NCBI GenBank assembly: GCA_037481835.1
Contig: JBBFKW010000004.1
Location: forward strand, 142,569 to 206,568
Length of the DNA: 64,000 nucleotides
Source: Desulfosoma sp.
GTDB taxonomy: Bacteria; Desulfobacterota; Syntrophobacteria; Syntrophobacterales; DSM-9756
Direction of reading: 5' to 3'
Shown: positions 61,326 through 64,000 of the stretch, one piece after another
How positions within the stretch are numbered: the first letter of the stretch is position 1
Layout: each line of letters starts with the position of its first letter
Translations under genes and position numbers: made by a program
The notes under the pieces: generated by a model
Told to the model about the DNA's origin: nothing
The model's database searches: none
What the model saw: the letters and a program-made list of their open reading frames with translations, nothing else

Positions 61326-62951
61326 ATGGCTACCGTCCCGAAACCCAGCGAACTTGGAAAGGTGGACCATCGGCCGCCGCAGAGGCCGTGGACCGAAACG
61401 ACCCCCGAGTTTCGGCCCGGCACGTTCTGCTACGGTGCCAAGCCGAAGAACCTGGAGGTTGTGGGGCTGCCCAACCCGCGCGAATGGAACCCCGCGGACG
61501 AAGATTGGAAGCTGCCCGATGACTGGAAAGACATCACCCTTAAGGGTATGGAGGACCGGCTCAACAAGTTCCGCTCTTTCAAACTCTTCATGGATATTTG
61601 CGTCCGATGCGGGGCCTGCGCCGACAAATGCCATTACTTCATCGGCTCGGGGGATCCGAAAAACATGCCCGTGTTGCGGGCGGAATTGATCCGATCCATC
61701 TACCGCAAGTACTTTACCGGAAGCGGCAAGATTTTCAGCAAGTACGCCGGCGCCCGGGCTTTGACCGAACAGATCATCAAAGAATGGTTCTACTACTACT
61801 ATCAATGCACCGAATGTCGGCGCTGCTCGGTGTTTTGCCCTTACGGCATTGACACGGCCGAAATCACCATGATGGGCCGTGAACTGTTGAACGAGCTGGG
61901 CTGCGGCATCGACTGGATCATGGGACCCGTGGCCAATTGCTACATGAACGGCAACCACCTGGGCATCCAGCCTCACGCCTTCAAAGACATGATCATGTTC
62001 TTCGTGGACGAGATCGAGGCGGTGACGGGGGTTAGGGTGGAACCCACTTTCAACCGCAAGGGCGCCGAAGTGCTTTTCATCACGCCGTCGGGGGACGTGT
62101 TCGCCGATCCCGGCACCTACACCCTCATGGGCTACATGATGCTCTTCCACGAAATCGGCCTGGACTACACGTGGAGCACGTACGCTTCGGAAGGCGGCAA
62201 TTTCGGACTCTTCACGTCCCACGAAATGATGAAGCGCCTCAACGCCAAGATGTACGCCGAGGCCAAGCGCCTCAAAGTGAAATGGATCCTGGGCGGCGAA
62301 TGCGGCCACATGTGGCGCGTCATCAACCAGTACATGGACACGATGAACGGCCCGGCGGATTTCCTGGAAGTGCCCAAGTCGCCCATCACCGGCACCGTGT
62401 TCGAGAATGCCAAGAGCACCAAAATGGTGCACATCGCCGAATTCACGGCAGACCTCATCCGACACGGCAAGCTCAATCTGGACCCCAGCCGAAACGACAA
62501 CAAGATCGTGACCTTCCACGATTCGTGCAACCCTGCCCGGGCCATGGGTTTGTTCGAAGAACCGCGATACGTCCTCAAGGCCGTCTGCAACCACTTCTAC
62601 GACATGCCGGAAAACACCATCCGGGAAAAGACGTTCTGCTGCGGGTCGGGATCGGGCCTGAACACCGACGAATTCATGGAAATGCGCATGCGCGGCGGGC
62701 TGCCTCGAGCCAACGCCGTCCGCTACGTCCATGAAAAGTACGGCGTCAACATGCTCGCGTGCATCTGCGCCATCGACCGCGCCGTTCTGCCGCCCCTCAT
62801 GAAGTACTGGGTCCCCGGCGTCGATGTCACCGGACTTCACGAATTGGTCGCCAACGCTCTTGTCATGAAAGGCGAAAAGAAACGCACCACCGACCTCCGT
62901 TATGAACCCCTGCCGGGTATGGAAGAAGAGGAGGAGGCTGACGATGTATGA
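61326..62951 (+). CDS. dsrK: DsrMKJOP complex Fe-S/CCG subunit
   Basis: CVRCGACADKC, CTECRRCSVFCP, GECGH, HDSC, CCGSG. Confidence 0.95.
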   Translation: MATVPKPSELGKVDHRPPQRPWTETTPEFRPGTFCYGAKPKNLEVVGLPNPREWNPADEDWKLPDDWKDITLKGMEDRLNKFRSFKLFMDICVRCGACADKCHYFIGSGDPKNMPVLRAELIRSIYRKYFTGSGKIFSKYAGARALTEQIIKEWFYYYYQCTECRRCSVFCPYGIDTAEITMMGRELLNELGCGIDWIMGPVANCYMNGNHLGIQPHAFKDMIMFFVDEIEAVTGVRVEPTFNRKGAEVLFITPSGDVFADPGTYTLMGYMMLFHEIGLDYTWSTYASEGGNFGLFTSHEMMKRLNAKMYAEAKRLKVKWILGGECGHMWRVINQYMDTMNGPADFLEVPKSPITGTVFENAKSTKMVHIAEFTADLIRHGKLNLDPSRNDNKIVTFHDSCNPARAMGLFEEPRYVLKAVCNHFYDMPENTIREKTFCCGSGSGLNTDEFMEMRMRGGLPRANAVRYVHEKYGVNMLACICAIDRAVLPPLMKYWVPGVDVTGLHELVANALVMKGEKKRTTDLRYEPLPGMEEEEEADDV

Positions 62952-63321
62952 CGCCAAGAAGATCGTCCCGGGAATCATCATCTTTGTCGTCCTGTTCACC
63001 TTTCCCCTGTGGTCCAACATGGGAAAGGCGGCGCCGGCGCCCAAGCCCGAGCTGCCCAAGACCGAAAAGGTCTGTGTGATGGACACGGCGTATATGAAAA
63101 CCGAGCACATGGTGCTCCTGAACCAATGGCGGGATCTGGTGGTGCGGGACGCCAACAGGCTGTGGGTGGGACCCGACGGCAAGGAACACCTCATGAGCCT
63201 CCAGAATTCCTGCATGAAATGCCATTCCAGCAAGGTCAAATTCTGCGACCAGTGCCACAACTACGCCGGGGTAAAGCCTTATTGCTGGCAGTGTCATCTC
63301 GAGCCTAAGGAGAACATGTGA
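62944..63321 (+). CDS. dsrJ: DsrMKJOP triheme cytochrome c
   Basis: N-terminal TM; three CxxCH (CMKCH, CDQCH, CWQCH); HM..L..WRD.VVR. Confidence 0.93.
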   Translation: MYDAKKIVPGIIIFVVLFTFPLWSNMGKAAPAPKPELPKTEKVCVMDTAYMKTEHMVLLNQWRDLVVRDANRLWVGPDGKEHLMSLQNSCMKCHSSKVKFCDQCHNYAGVKPYCWQCHLEPKENM

Positions 63322-64000
63322 TGGAAAAGGATCGCCGTGAATTCCTGAAGATAGGCGGAATATCCGTCTTGGGGCTGAGTGCTCTGCCTGTCTTCGAGGT
63401 GCTCGCCCAAGAAAAGGGTCCCCGATATAAACCCGACCCCAAGGCCCTGAAAGGCACGCAGTGGGCCATGATCGTGGACATGAAAAAATGCTGGGAGCAG
63501 CAGGACAAGCGGCAGTGCAAGGACTGCATCCTGGCGTGCCACAAGATCCACAACGTGCCGGACATCCCGGACGTGAAGCGGGAAATCAAGTGGATCTGGA
63601 TGGAAGAATACAAGCATGCCTTTCCGGACCAAGCCCACGAGTATGCCCCGGAGAAGGTCAAAGAAAATCCCTTTATGCTGCTGTGCAACCACTGCACGAA
63701 CCCGCCGTGCGTGCGGGTCTGCCCCACCAAGGCGACCTTCAAGCGCACGCAGGACGGCATCGTCATGATGGACTTCCACCGCTGCATCGGGTGCCGCTAC
63801 TGCATGGCCGGCTGTCCTTACGGGGCGAGAAGTTTCAACTGGGGGGATCCTCGGCCCTACCTCAAGCCGGAAGACATCAACATGACCTACCCGACGCGGC
63901 GCAAGGGTGTGGTGGAAAAGTGCACCTTCTGCTACGAGCGCATCGACGAAGGCCTGCAGCCGGCCTGTGTGGAAGCCTGCAAGGTCAAGGCCCTCATTTT
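63321..64000 (+). CDS. dsrO: DsrMKJOP periplasmic ferredoxin-like subunit, truncated by window edge
   Basis: Not in the ORF track; MEKDRREFLK Tat signal, CNHCTNPPCVRVCP, CIGCRYCMAGCPY, KCTFC. Confidence 0.92.
   Translation, partial: MEKDRREFLKIGGISVLGLSALPVFEVLAQEKGPRYKPDPKALKGTQWAMIVDMKKCWEQQDKRQCKDCILACHKIHNVPDIPDVKREIKWIWMEEYKHAFPDQAHEYAPEKVKENPFMLLCNHCTNPPCVRVCPTKATFKRTQDGIVMMDFHRCIGCRYCMAGCPYGARSFNWGDPRPYLKPEDINMTYPTRRKGVVEKCTFCYERIDEGLQPACVEACKVKALI

Noticed and set aside
62755..62785. DsrK C-terminal CAID instead of CxxC
   Set aside because: I recall this variant in other sulfate-reducer DsrK proteins and cannot support it as unusual without an alignment.

Overview
A gene-dense, GC-rich chromosomal window from a sulfate-reducing bacterium. 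The gene content (dsrT-dsrMKJO, Ahb heme pathway, futalosine menaquinone pathway, sigma-32 with RpoH box) suggests Desulfobacterota, possibly Syntrophobacterales; this is an inference. Most of it is housekeeping: guaAB, hisC-cmk-rpsA-sppA, rpoH, pyrBC, greA, rpsT, holA-lptE-leuS, ahbC-hemB-ahbD, ctpA, lgt, mobB-mobA-moeA, a truncated purH, a TetR-headed mqn operon and the start of the dsrT-MKJO(P) operon. I saw no tRNA, rRNA, CRISPR array or intact mobile element. The most notable signals are as follows. (1) An exported DUF1573-like protein is split by an in-frame TGA at a conserved Cys position and followed by a SECIS-like hairpin, so it is a probable selenoprotein with a U-G-C motif. (2) A PilZ / ribbon-helix-helix-like / zinc-ribbon-ParA module sits behind a sigma-28-like promoter. 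(3) A ClpX paralogue with no zinc finger and a long C-terminal extension is translationally coupled to the heme genes. (4) A ~137-nt rod-like structured leader precedes greA. (5) A small islet holds an intact vapBC with a visible operator, flanked by decayed UvrD-like and toxin-like remnants. (6) Readable operators include a TetR palindrome at the mqn operon and a Rex box at dsrT. All calls come from motif recognition by eye; no searches were run.
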